Of a DNA stretch of 64,000 nt, positions 50,301-59,007 are shown piece by piece; position 1 is the stretch's first letter, and each line of letters begins with the position of its first letter. A model generated the notes under the pieces. That model did not search any database. It saw only the letters and a list, made by a program, of their open reading frames with translations, and was not told the DNA's origin. The position numbers and the translations under genes were made by a program. The DNA comes from a virus. The stretch spans positions 40,192 to 104,191 of the IMG/VR virus record IMGVR_UViG_3300016476_001169. One strand, 5' to 3'.

Positions 50301-50366
50301 GTCTTTGTAAATTCTGGCCCGCAGGGCGGTTTTATCTTAAAACCTATTATTGGATTCTATAATAGT

Positions 50367-50597
50367 ATGAATAATGCAACCTATAACGGCTATGCCAACT
50401 ACGCTACTTGGAACGTCTCAGCATACATTACCAATGACGAAGGTTTGTATAACTTGGTAAAGCGTTATGACACTTGGGATAAGTGTAAAGAAGCGTTGAT
50501 TATGTGTGGTGTAACCCAAACCTGTGATGACATCTCTTTTGATGACCCAGATTTGGACACAAACGAACTTGATGAGATGCTGGCAGAACTTTCATAA
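50367..50597 (+). CDS. hypothetical protein, YNGY.NY.TWNV family
   Basis: recurrent phage motif; related to 45843. Confidence 0.75.
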   Translation: MNNATYNGYANYATWNVSAYITNDEGLYNLVKRYDTWDKCKEALIMCGVTQTCDDISFDDPDLDTNELDEMLAELS

Positions 50598-50680
50598 GTT
50601 GCCAGCATTTTTTAGGCTTTGTAAATTCTGACCCACTGGGCGGTTTTATCTTAAAAAAGATTATTATTCCCTATAATAGT

Positions 50681-51052
50681 ATGAATACTGCAATGAAAAT
50701 CCAAATCCATCCAAACGCTTGTGCTAACTACATCGCCCGTTGCTACCGTCACAATCGTCATTCGCAGAATATGCTTCACAATGCGGCTTTTGCTGATAAA
50801 CTTCGCAAGGTTCAGGGTCAATGGTTGGAAGTTGACACCGAGCATCTTTTCGCAGACCAGTTTAATACTGTGCCTATTGAAGGTGTAACAGAGAATGGAT
50901 TGCGTGTAATGCAGTCAGATGTTGTTTCAATCGTTAATGATGTGCGTAATAATGTCGTAAAGTGTCAATGGTGCTACGGTTACGACAAAGATAATGATGG
51001 AAAGTGCGATAAATGCGGAAAAGATGACTATTTATCGCCTTTAATGCCATAA
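50681..51052 (+). CDS. hypothetical protein with C-terminal zinc finger
   Basis: CQWC...CDKC. Confidence 0.75.
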   Translation: MNTAMKIQIHPNACANYIARCYRHNRHSQNMLHNAAFADKLRKVQGQWLEVDTEHLFADQFNTVPIEGVTENGLRVMQSDVVSIVNDVRNNVVKCQWCYGYDKDNDGKCDKCGKDDYLSPLMP

Positions 51053-51124
51053 ATTAACACTTTGTGGCTTCTGACCCGCTGGGCGATTTTATCTTAAAAA
51101 GATTCTACTGCATTCTATAATAGT

Positions 51125-51364
51125 ATGAAAAGAATGACCATTGCCGAAGCGAAGCGTATCTGTTTGGAGCGAGATGGCTCCCTGCCGAGAATCGGCTACT
51201 CCCGTGACGTTGTGACTCGCGAAGAGCAGGTCGAAGTCACCAACTATTGTGAAGGTCCAAAGTTTTATCGGACTACCACAAAAGTCAACTATACACTCGT
51301 CAACGCAGGTGGTACTTTCAAAGTGCAAAAGTACACTCACCCTTCAGTTCCTCCACGGTATTAA
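51125..51364 (+). CDS. hypothetical protein (cassette)
   Basis: element-ATG to stop-element. Confidence 0.65.
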   Translation: MKRMTIAEAKRICLERDGSLPRIGYSRDVVTREEQVEVTNYCEGPKFYRTTTKVNYTLVNAGGTFKVQKYTHPSVPPRY

Positions 51365-51430
51365 TACTTTGTGGATTCTGGGACATCCCCCGGTTTTATC
51401 TTAAAAAGTATTATTGGGTTCTATAATAGT

Positions 51431-51832
51431 ATGAACGAAATCTTTATTCTCCAGTCCTCCGAAGTCGATTCCCTTGGTGCTTGCTCCTACGGCACCCTCC
51501 GCTCTGTTGACCTGTTGCCACGCTTGGCTAACTATCTCAGCATTGCCCTTGACACAATCGAGGTTCGCTTTGAGAATGCTGGTCAGGCTCTCAAAGACTT
51601 TGAGCAAGGTTTTGTTGCAGAATACCGCCACATTGTGGCAGATGCCGTTGAGTTTCACGAACTCAATGCAGATGAATACGGTAGTGCATACCCTGAATCT
51701 GCCGAGATGGATGCACAAGAGATTATTGTGTCATTGTTTGACGCTTTAGACCAACTTTCGCCTGATGGTCAATACTTTGGCTCACATCCCGGCGATGGTA
51801 GCGACTTTGGCTACTGGGAGAATGAGTTTTAA
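51431..51832 (+). CDS. acidic hypothetical phage protein
   Basis: GTLR..DL...YFGSHPGDGSDFGYW motif. Confidence 0.75.
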   Translation: MNEIFILQSSEVDSLGACSYGTLRSVDLLPRLANYLSIALDTIEVRFENAGQALKDFEQGFVAEYRHIVADAVEFHELNADEYGSAYPESAEMDAQEIIVSLFDALDQLSPDGQYFGSHPGDGSDFGYWENEF

Positions 51833-51980
51833 TGTTAAATAACATAATAATGTGCACTATTATGTTATTATTCATCGCTTTTTACATCTATCTAGGTTTT
51901 ATTATTAAATATAAGACTTTGTAGATGTTGGCCAGGCCCCAATTTTTATCTTAAATATTATTATCGCATTCTATAATAGT

Positions 51981-52163
51981 ATGAATAATCCTAACATTCC
52001 TAAGTGTCCTGACCGTGTACCATTTAAGTCTCAAGGCGATTACGCCAATGTTCGTCCTACTAGGTTCAAGCCTGCTCCAGATGGTGATTGGGATGACGAC
52101 CTCGACCCTGAAGATAGGGCTCGCATGATGGGTCGTGATTTCATGGGTCCAAGATGGCGATAA
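51981..52163 (+). CDS. hypothetical protein (cassette)
   Basis: ATG after element. Confidence 0.6.
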   Translation: MNNPNIPKCPDRVPFKSQGDYANVRPTRFKPAPDGDWDDDLDPEDRARMMGRDFMGPRWR

Positions 52164-52211
52164 ACATCTTAAAATAACTTATTTATTTCTATACTAGTAA
52201 GGAAGAAAACT

Positions 52212-52490
52212 ATGTACATTACCAACATCTTTGCAGACATCGACGACTTATCAACTGGTTATTCCGCTTTTGTATCTTATGGATTAGAAGAAGATGATGA
52301 TTTGGACTTTATTGGTATCTATCCTCTTAATAGACTGATTGGAAATAATAGTTTTGACAGCGAAGAATCGCTTAAAAGTGCGATTAAGAATGCTTTAGTT
52401 AGCACTTATCCAAATAAAAAGATTACTTTTGATTATTATTTCCAATATGAAAGTAATGAAGTAATTAAGCGATACAATGAATCTGCATAA
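52212..52490 (+). CDS. hypothetical protein, last gene of + arm
   Basis: AAGGA SD after element variant. Confidence 0.65.
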   Translation: MYITNIFADIDDLSTGYSAFVSYGLEEDDDLDFIGIYPLNRLIGNNSFDSEESLKSAIKNALVSTYPNKKITFDYYFQYESNEVIKRYNESA

Positions 52491-52505
52491 GTTATGCAGA
52501 TTTTT
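52481..52505 (+). terminator. terminator at convergence of the two arms
   Basis: ATCTGCATAA-G-TTATGCAGAT-TTTT. Confidence 0.7.
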
Positions 52506-52539
52506 GGCGATGGGCCAAAAACTACAAAGGTTTATTTTG

Positions 52540-52623
52540 TGGTAGTAGCAAGAGGAGGCCTCGAACCTGCCGTCTCCCGTTCCGGAACGCTTGTTTTATC
52601 CAAATAAACTATCTTGCTACTAC
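52540..52623 (-). tRNA. degenerate tRNA-like element (Arg-CCG-like)
   Basis: acceptor AGCAAGA/TCTTGCT (extendable to 12 bp, then CCA), D arm GTTT-ATTTGGATA-AAAC, T arm GG(C)AGG-TTCGAGG-CCTCC; anticodon arm poorly paired around TTCCGGA. Confidence 0.65.
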
Positions 52624-52626
52624 TAC

Positions 52627-52786
52627 TTATATGCCTTGACATAACTGTTTGCGTCAGTCCCTGCCAAGGACAGTAAGAACTTGTGGCTTTTTGACCACCC
52701 CAAGGTTGCTACCCTTATTTGAATCTCGCAATAGATTCTAGCCGTTCTGGATTCTTACTGGCTGAGGTTGTTCGAATCAACCTCAT
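52627..52786 (-). ncRNA. candidate multi-stem structured RNA expressed from a cassette promoter
   Basis: six hairpins plus 9-bp long-range helix CAGTAAGAA/TTCTTACTG; only a 23-codon ORF. Confidence 0.6.
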
Positions 52787-52856
52787 ACTATTATAGAGCA
52801 TTATTGTGGTTTTTAAGATAAATTTTTGGGGGACTGGAGCCAAAAGTTACAAAGGA

Positions 52857-53183
52857 TTAAATCCTTTGTTTTACATTGGCATCTTTATCTTCCCAATTAA
52901 AGAAAAGAAAAGCAAAGAATGCAAGTGCATATAAAACCAATGCAGAGCCGAATGAAAAGTTCAAAAGATTCATTGCTATTGGTGCTTTATCATTACCAGT
53001 AATAATCCACTCAATCCAACCGCCAATAATTCCAATTACTGGAGTGGCAATCAAAGCAATCGTGCCAAGTTTAACAAGATACTTGCCTAAAAATTTCATT
53101 ACACCAATAGCAACAGCAACAATAAGAGTAAACAAGCCGATGTAAACAAGTGACTGAAGCAGTCGGGCAGTAATTTCGTTCAT
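52857..53183 (-). CDS. membrane protein, 3 TM (cassette)
   Basis: start reassigned to ATG after element. Confidence 0.7.
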   Translation of the reverse strand: MNEITARLLQSLVYIGLFTLIVAVAIGVMKFLGKYLVKLGTIALIATPVIGIIGGWIEWIITGNDKAPIAMNLLNFSFGSALVLYALAFFAFLFFNWEDKDANVKQRI

Positions 53184-53295
53184 ACTATTATAGAATCCAA
53201 TCAATCAATTTAAGATAAAAATGGGGGCTACTCCCCAAAGGCTACAAAGGACTAATAATCGTCACCACCATAGTAACCATTCACGATTTTGCATT

Positions 53296-53619
53296 TTAAA
53301 ATTCCCCATACTCAGATAGGATTTTGTTTTTGATTCTAGATGGTAGTTCAACATTTTTGGCTAAACCCATCAAGATTTGTTTTGGTTGCAATAGAGATTT
53401 ACGTTTTTCTTGGTTGACTTTCCATTCATAAACAACCAAACACCATTCCCCATCCCATCCATGTTCGTGCTTAATAAAATATGTTTCTCCATCAACAGAA
53501 GGAAAAACACCATCAACAAAAATCTCCGTATCCATAGGTTTAAAGAAATCTGTGTTATAAAAAATTTCTCTACCTGAATTGGTTTTCAGATTATAAATCC
53601 AATACTTTGGTTTTTGCAT
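53296..53619 (-). CDS. hypothetical protein (AT-rich cassette flanked by direct repeats)
   Basis: start reassigned to ATG after element. Confidence 0.7.
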   Translation of the reverse strand: MQKPKYWIYNLKTNSGREIFYNTDFFKPMDTEIFVDGVFPSVDGETYFIKHEHGWDGEWCLVVYEWKVNQEKRKSLLQPKQILMGLAKNVELPSRIKNKILSEYGEF

Positions 53620-53688
53620 ACTATTATAGAATCCAATCAATCAGTTTAAGATAAATTTTTGGCCAGAGGCCCCAAAATCTACAAAGGA

Positions 53689-53997
53689 CTAATAATCGTC
53701 ACCGCCATAGTAACCGTAGTCCTCGTCACAGCCATATCCAGCTGAAGCAAGAGCATCTGCATCATCGCTCATGTCGTGGCAATTATAAGGAAAACAGTAC
53801 TCTTCAGGGTCAGGCTCTGCAAGCACATCATAAGTGGCTATGCACTCGCCGTCGTGGTCAACGGTGTATATTTCACCCGGACCAAATCTACCCTCGCTGT
53901 CGTTTACAGCGATGTCTATCATCACACGAGAAAGAATCGTGCAAATGTCCGAAGCGGAAGCACTGGAAGGGACGCTGAAGTTGATGTTGATTTCCAT
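53689..53997 (-). CDS. acidic hypothetical protein
   Basis: C-terminal DDADALASAGYG.DEDYG motif. Confidence 0.75.
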   Translation of the reverse strand: MEININFSVPSSASASDICTILSRVMIDIAVNDSEGRFGPGEIYTVDHDGECIATYDVLAEPDPEEYCFPYNCHDMSDDADALASAGYGCDEDYGYYGGDDY

Positions 53998-54063
53998 ACT
54001 AGTATAGAACATTATGGTATTTTTTAAGATAAAACCGGGGACAGGGCCAAAACCTACAAAGTG

Positions 54064-54405
54064 CTAATCTTCGAGGTCTGGATTGACTTGAATCCTAGTT
54101 TTACTAAGGACTTCTGCCATTTTGTAGCATTCTACAAGATATTCATGCACAGTTCGTGCAATGTAAAGCGGGTGAATCGACGCACCTATGTTTTTGGCTG
54201 GCATTGAAAAAACTATTTCTGTTTTGCCATCTGCAAATGACACAATGTCAGCAAGTAGGTCAATGTCTTTGTAGTCACGATAAATAATATCAATGACACC
54301 AAAGTCATGGGTAGCACGATAGATGATTTCTTTTGATTTCTCAAGAAGAATGTTTTGGATAAAATCATCAACGGATACTGCGAAGATTGCTCTAGATGTT
54401 GTCAT
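54064..54405 (-). CDS. hypothetical protein (cassette)
   Basis: element-ATG to stop-element. Confidence 0.7.
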   Translation of the reverse strand: MTTSRAIFAVSVDDFIQNILLEKSKEIIYRATHDFGVIDIIYRDYKDIDLLADIVSFADGKTEIVFSMPAKNIGASIHPLYIARTVHEYLVECYKMAEVLSKTRIQVNPDLED

Positions 54406-54488
54406 ACTACTATAGAATCCAATAATACTTTTTAAGATAAAAGCGGGGGTGCCCCAAAATTTACAAAGGATTAAATTCCTTTGTAAAT

Positions 54489-54776
54489 TTAATAATCATC
54501 ATCCCAACGCTCGCCAGCATCTGATTCATCAAACCAATCAGGGGCAACGCTGGACAGATTTACAGGGTGATAACTGCTCCCGCAGTCATTGAACGACGCT
54601 TGGGGGTAAGCGGCTTTTGCTTCCTCAAGAGTATCAAACTCATCGAGCCAAATCCTGCAAGTCTGACCTGCAAGAACTGACGATTCGGAATAAACACCGT
54701 ACTCATACACGCCATACGTTTCATTGCAATAGGTTGCGCCAGCAGATGGATACTCTATTCTAAACTCTGTTTTCAT
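54489..54776 (-). CDS. acidic hypothetical phage protein
   Basis: SSVLAGQ...FDTLEEAKAAYP...PDWFD..DAGERW. Confidence 0.75.
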   Translation of the reverse strand: MKTEFRIEYPSAGATYCNETYGVYEYGVYSESSVLAGQTCRIWLDEFDTLEEAKAAYPQASFNDCGSSYHPVNLSSVAPDWFDESDAGERWDDDY

Positions 54777-54843
54777 ACTACTATAGAATCTTGTATCTAC
54801 TTTTTAAGATAAACCCGGGCAGTGCACCAAAGTTTACAAAGCC

Positions 54844-55281
54844 TTAAGTCGGTACACTATTGTAAACCTTAAGTGTAAAAATACCTAAACTATTAAACAT
54901 ATCAATACAGTCATCTCTATCTTCAATAGCATACACAGGAATGTAGTCATGGCATTTCATTTCTTCTATTAAATCGCTTTTAACCATAGGTGATTTACGG
55001 TAATCATTCTTATTTCGCATAAATAGAGCATCATAATCAATGTTATTATCTTCTAACCATTTAGTTGTGAGTTCTCTATTAGATTCTGGGCGGGCTGTTA
55101 GAATAATAATCATGTACTTTTCTTTAAGCATGTTAATAAGTTCTCTAACAGGTTCAACAACTAAATCTTCATTGCAGTTATTAAAAAATGATTGCCAATC
55201 TTTTTTCTTTGATTCTATGAAATGTAATCGGTGATTACAATCAGCTAAGGTTCCATCTAAATCTACGATTACACTATCCAT
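54844..55281 (-). CDS. HAD-family phosphatase, paralogue of 35742-36194
   Basis: VDLDGTLADCNHRLH, LTARPE, RKSP, IEDR. Confidence 0.85.
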   Translation of the reverse strand: MDSVIVDLDGTLADCNHRLHFIESKKKDWQSFFNNCNEDLVVEPVRELINMLKEKYMIIILTARPESNRELTTKWLEDNNIDYDALFMRNKNDYRKSPMVKSDLIEEMKCHDYIPVYAIEDRDDCIDMFNSLGIFTLKVYNSVPT

Positions 55282-55355
55282 ACTAATATAGAGCCCCTTT
55301 TTTATTTTTATGATATTTATTGACACGAGCCAGAACCTACAAAGAGTAAATCTTT

Positions 55356-55688
55356 CTAGGGAACCTTGCTGGTGTGGCATAGGAGAACATTACCAACAAT
55401 CGGGCGACCTGCCAACTCGGTTGCCTCAATGTTGAGGGTTGGATTATTCCAAAGACCCTCTTCGTCACATACAAGAATGTATTCTGTATCTGGAACATCA
55501 ACCAACTCAATGGAATCACAGCCGATTGCATTGTAGAGTCCTGAGAGACCAAACACCATGTCGCCATCATGCTCGACAGCAGGTGGAACAACATTGACTA
55601 CATCGTAGCCACCTGTAGGGGTGATAAGTACACCGACACCGCTATCGACGATTTTCTTGACTGAAGGTTGAAGAGTGATTGTATTCAT
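55356..55688 (-). CDS. DUF3846-like protein
   Basis: AIGCDSIELV...CDEEGL...N..AT...IVGNVLL. Confidence 0.7.
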   Translation of the reverse strand: MNTITLQPSVKKIVDSGVGVLITPTGGYDVVNVVPPAVEHDGDMVFGLSGLYNAIGCDSIELVDVPDTEYILVCDEEGLWNNPTLNIEATELAGRPIVGNVLLCHTSKVP

Positions 55689-55744
55689 ACTATTATAGAA
55701 GCCCCCTTTTATTTTTAAGATGTTTCGACCAGATCACCCACCTT

Positions 55745-55921
55745 CTACAAACCCTTATTTGTTGGGATTGAGAAGATGACAAAAGGTGTTACTATAAAAA
55801 TGCCAAGTCTGACATAAAGATTATGAAAAATAAAAAATGAGATAAAAATAAATCCAAAAGTCATCGTTGACTTTGCGAGCATTACAATGCTATTGTGGGA
55901 TTCTGCAATATAGTTTTCCAT
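55745..55921 (-). CDS. 58-aa membrane peptide (cassette)
   Basis: hand translation MENYIAESHNSIVML...; hydrophobic. Confidence 0.5.
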   Translation of the reverse strand: MENYIAESHNSIVMLAKSTMTFGFIFISFFIFHNLYVRLGIFIVTPFVIFSIPTNKGL

Positions 55922-56016
55922 ACTATTATAGTTTCGGTTTTTAGTTTTTATGGTAGAAATTAAAAGTGGGGCCAGGATTTACAAAGTATTAATTTGTAAA
56001 TCCTGCATGAAAAACA

Positions 56017-56334
56017 TTAACCTTGCTGCATTCGCTCTTTTGACGCTTTTTCTGCTTCACTGATAACTGCATACCAGCGGGCGGAAATAGCATCATTCTT
56101 ATCCCTTGAATACCACATTCGATTATCTGGACACCACTTATCTTCAGTTTTTAACATCCAATAAGCAGTTCGTTTCCAAAGAATCCAAACAAAAGCGGCA
56201 CAGTTGCAGATAGAAGCAGACCAGCCTGCGACACCATCCAACTTTAGAACTGTATTAATCAAATACATGAACATAATATAGGGGATAGCCGCTTCAAAAA
56301 CGCTAACCAAGTTGATTTTGAGTGCTTTAACCAT
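56017..56334 (-). CDS. membrane-associated hypothetical protein
   Basis: second gene of cassette, adjacent to upstream stop. Confidence 0.6.
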   Translation of the reverse strand: MVKALKINLVSVFEAAIPYIMFMYLINTVLKLDGVAGWSASICNCAAFVWILWKRTAYWMLKTEDKWCPDNRMWYSRDKNDAISARWYAVISEAEKASKERMQQG

Positions 56335-56335
56335 G

Positions 56336-56689
56336 TTACTTACCTTTCAACTCGGAAAATCGAGTTGGAACAAAAGACGCATCATAAGAATAGGGGAAGA
56401 TAGTTTCGATTTGGTTAATCATGCTTGACAAATCAAAGTACGCTGGCGTGGTTTCGCCTTTGTTCACAATGTAACCAAAGAGTTCAAACTCTTCCTCAAA
56501 CTTAGTACCTTCGATAATGTACAAAGTGTCGCCAGTAAAAATATCATCAATCTTACATTGAACGATAGGGTCAGATTCGAGAATCTGGGAATCCAGTTCT
56601 GGCAACTTATTCAGCACACTAACTGGAATCAAAAACTTATCGGACTGCTTAACGATGTAATCGGCGTAGGTCTCAAGTGCAATGTTCAT
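56336..56689 (-). CDS. DUF2958-like protein
   Basis: LP.L..Q...DPIV..K...YIIE...LFGYI...YFDL pattern. Confidence 0.55.
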   Translation of the reverse strand: MNIALETYADYIVKQSDKFLIPVSVLNKLPELDSQILESDPIVQCKIDDIFTGDTLYIIEGTKFEEEFELFGYIVNKGETTPAYFDLSSMINQIETIFPYSYDASFVPTRFSELKGK

Positions 56690-56774
56690 ACTATTATAGA
56701 ACGCCACACTCGTTTTTAAGACAAATTTTAACACTTTGTAGGGGTTGGGGCGTCGCCCCCAATAATAACCCCGT

Positions 56775-57590
56775 TTAGGGGTTATTATTGTACCATTCAT
56801 CAACACTTATTGAGATTTCAGCGGGTGCAATACACGGGATGTGGCTAGTTGCTTCCATCCAATAGGAATAATCGGCTTTTTGCAACGCTTCTTTTGCTCT
56901 TTCGTCTATTAACTTGATGAATGCTGTTGTTCTGGGGTTATAATCTAAACCTTTAAGTATTCTACCTGCTCCATCACCATGAGTTCGGAATGCTAAGTCT
57001 GGATTTTCATCTTTTTTAACAAACTTAAACTTATCGGAGCGGTAACTTTGTCTTTTAGGTCTAGTTTCCCCCTTGACTCTTTGCCAGATTTGAAACTCTG
57101 TTCGGAGTCTACCCATTTCGTAAACCACTCCTTGGGGAGTTTGGAAACTTACTTCTGGGCATTGTTCGGTATAAACACGAACAAACTCTGGGTGTAATCT
57201 ATCTTCAATAGATGGTTTTCTAAATGATGGTGGGATTATAAATGCGATAACATCGCACGATTCAGCACATTTATTAAAAGTTTTGATTGCCAATGCACAA
57301 GCACGACCAAAAGGTGGATTACCAACCGCTATTAGGTGCTGTTTATCTAGATTTAGCGAGAAAAAATCTGCTTGTAATACATCTGGATGCCTTGGTTCAA
57401 TGTCATAAGCCAGAATCTCTTTTACTTCTGCCTCTTTTAATGCCCTCAAAAAACTACCGCCACCTGCTGTAGGTTCGAGAAATGTATGGTCTTTGCCAAC
57501 TATACCGATTAGAATGTCTGTAAAGTGCTTTGCAACACTATCTATTGTATAGTATTGTTCTGCACCTTGCTTTCGTGGATTTCCTGCCAT
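56775..57590 (-). CDS. N6-adenine/N4-cytosine DNA methyltransferase
   Basis: EQYYT, LEPTAGGGSF (motif I), DIEP, DFF, GNPPFG (motif IV), IAFIIP. Confidence 0.85.
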   Translation of the reverse strand: MAGNPRKQGAEQYYTIDSVAKHFTDILIGIVGKDHTFLEPTAGGGSFLRALKEAEVKEILAYDIEPRHPDVLQADFFSLNLDKQHLIAVGNPPFGRACALAIKTFNKCAESCDVIAFIIPPSFRKPSIEDRLHPEFVRVYTEQCPEVSFQTPQGVVYEMGRLRTEFQIWQRVKGETRPKRQSYRSDKFKFVKKDENPDLAFRTHGDGAGRILKGLDYNPRTTAFIKLIDERAKEALQKADYSYWMEATSHIPCIAPAEISISVDEWYNNNP

Positions 57591-57593
57591 TGA

Positions 57594-58118
57594 TTATTCC
57601 TTATCTTTGAATGGTAAATCTATTATCGTGCGATTTTCGTTGAAAATAGACTCAAACTTTACATTTTCTGCATCTATTAGTTCCAAATCTTTGGCTGGAA
57701 GAAGAACAAATCGGTATTTCCATTGTGGCATTTCGGAAATGTCCACTACCATAAAGTAATCATAAGATGAAAAGTACTTATCGGCAATGCTTTTGATTTC
57801 TTCTGCGGTTCTGCGACTCTTAGAATCGAACAGGGAGGATTTGCCAACTCGGATTTTAGTTTTGCTAGTTTTGGTATTGGCGGTTTTCATTTGAATAGAC
57901 TTCAACGAGCCGTCCACAGATACCCAAAGGTCAGCAGATTCTCCCTGCGTAGTAGCATCAGAAGTTGTATTGTCGAACTGGAATGCAATGATGTCTTCCA
58001 AAGCAACACCGCATTGGCGACCACTGCAAAACCACTCAATGGTTTGCTCTTGAGTCATGCCTGGCACACGGAATGAAGGCATTTGCTGTGTGTAGATGGT
58101 GTTGATTTCGAGATTCAT
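57594..58118 (-). CDS. putative PD-(D/E)XK endonuclease
   Basis: G..LE...ADL...IQMKT motif order; immediately upstream of MTase. Confidence 0.5.
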   Translation of the reverse strand: MNLEINTIYTQQMPSFRVPGMTQEQTIEWFCSGRQCGVALEDIIAFQFDNTTSDATTQGESADLWVSVDGSLKSIQMKTANTKTSKTKIRVGKSSLFDSKSRRTAEEIKSIADKYFSSYDYFMVVDISEMPQWKYRFVLLPAKDLELIDAENVKFESIFNENRTIIDLPFKDKE

Positions 58119-58194
58119 ACTAGTATAGAAGCCCCCTTTTATTTTTAAGATGTTTATACATTTTTGGGGCCCTGTGGCCAGAAGTTACAAAGAA

Positions 58195-58563
58195 CTATAT
58201 TTCAAGTTGCCAGAACTCATCGGCTCTAATCGAATATTTGCACCACTCTGTTTTATTGATTGAGAAATAAGACAGGTCAACATAACCTGACTCAGTGTGC
58301 AAGTAATCCTCGATTGTGCCATCGAGTTCAGCCTCTTCGACCATTTCTTCATCAAGAAGAATCAAGTGACCGTACTTAGAATCAGCGAACGCCTCAATGG
58401 CATCCTGCTCATGGTAAGCCTCCACAACAAATGGAGTAGACACATTGCCCAAACCAGCGTGGACGAGGAAGGTATTCCCAAAGTTTCTACCTGGGTTGAT
58501 GATTTCTACGTTCTCAAAAATCCAATCGTTTGCTTTGCCAGCGGCTGTGAGTGTTGTATTCAT
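58195..58563 (-). CDS. acidic hypothetical protein (cassette)
   Basis: VVEAYHEQDAIE motif; start reassigned. Confidence 0.7.
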   Translation of the reverse strand: MNTTLTAAGKANDWIFENVEIINPGRNFGNTFLVHAGLGNVSTPFVVEAYHEQDAIEAFADSKYGHLILLDEEMVEEAELDGTIEDYLHTESGYVDLSYFSINKTEWCKYSIRADEFWQLEI

Positions 58564-58648
58564 ACTATTATAGAATCTAATGATAGTTTTTAAGATAAAA
58601 CTGGGGGAGCAGCCAGAAGCCACAAAGTGTTATCCTTGTGGCTTTGAA

Positions 58649-58777
58649 CTATGCCATAACATTACCTGATTCAAAATCAAATTGTAACTGTGCAGAAATA
58701 TCATAATCATCGTATGAATTATCTACAACGTTATTATCACTAGTCGGTTCTGCGTCGTTGTTTTGCGTATCTTCCAT
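58649..58777 (-). CDS. 42-aa highly acidic peptide
   Basis: AGGGGG SD; MEDTQNNDAEPTSDNNVVDNSYDDYD... Confidence 0.5.
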   Translation of the reverse strand: MEDTQNNDAEPTSDNNVVDNSYDDYDISAQLQFDFESGNVMA

Positions 58778-58787
58778 AAATTTCCCC

Positions 58788-58949
58788 CTAATCTGAGATT
58801 TGATTTTTATGTTTTGAATGACGGCAATATTCTTTGCCAGACTTATAAACAGTAGGGCGAGACCACGGACGTTCTGACGCAGGAATCACTGTTGGGTTAG
58901 CCTTACGAGCCTTTTCTATGTCACGTCTTGTAATAGTTACCGTTTTCAT
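58788..58949 (-). CDS. 53-aa basic peptide, paralogue of 49742
   Basis: MKTVTITRRDIEKARK...VYKSGKEYCRHSKHKN. Confidence 0.75.
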   Translation of the reverse strand: MKTVTITRRDIEKARKANPTVIPASERPWSRPTVYKSGKEYCRHSKHKNQISD

Positions 58950-59007
58950 ACTATTATAGAGCCCCCTTTTTATTTTTAAGATAGAATCCGCCCCCTAGGG
59001 CCAAAGC

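Larger units (their letters stand above)
44161..52200 (+). promoter_or_regulatory. ~28 copies of conserved cassette-head element (terminator-like hairpin + TCTTAA-N17/18-TATAnT promoter + AGT-ATG)
   Basis: e.g. 45098-45164 CCTTTGTAGGCTTTGGGG...TTTTATCTTAAAA-AGTGTTATTGGGTT-CTATAATAGT-ATG; same before ATGs at 44199, 44534, 44696, 44863, 44974, 45562, 45843, 46181, 46646, 47068, 47422, 47780, 48084, 48345, 48714, 49040, 49219, 49742, 49966, 50367, 50681, 51125, 51431, 51981. Confidence 0.9.

Noticed and set aside
52715-52786. 23-aa ORF MRLIRTTSASKNPERLESIARFK as the cassette product
   Set aside because: It covers under half the unit and dense base pairing explains the sequence better; not fully excluded.
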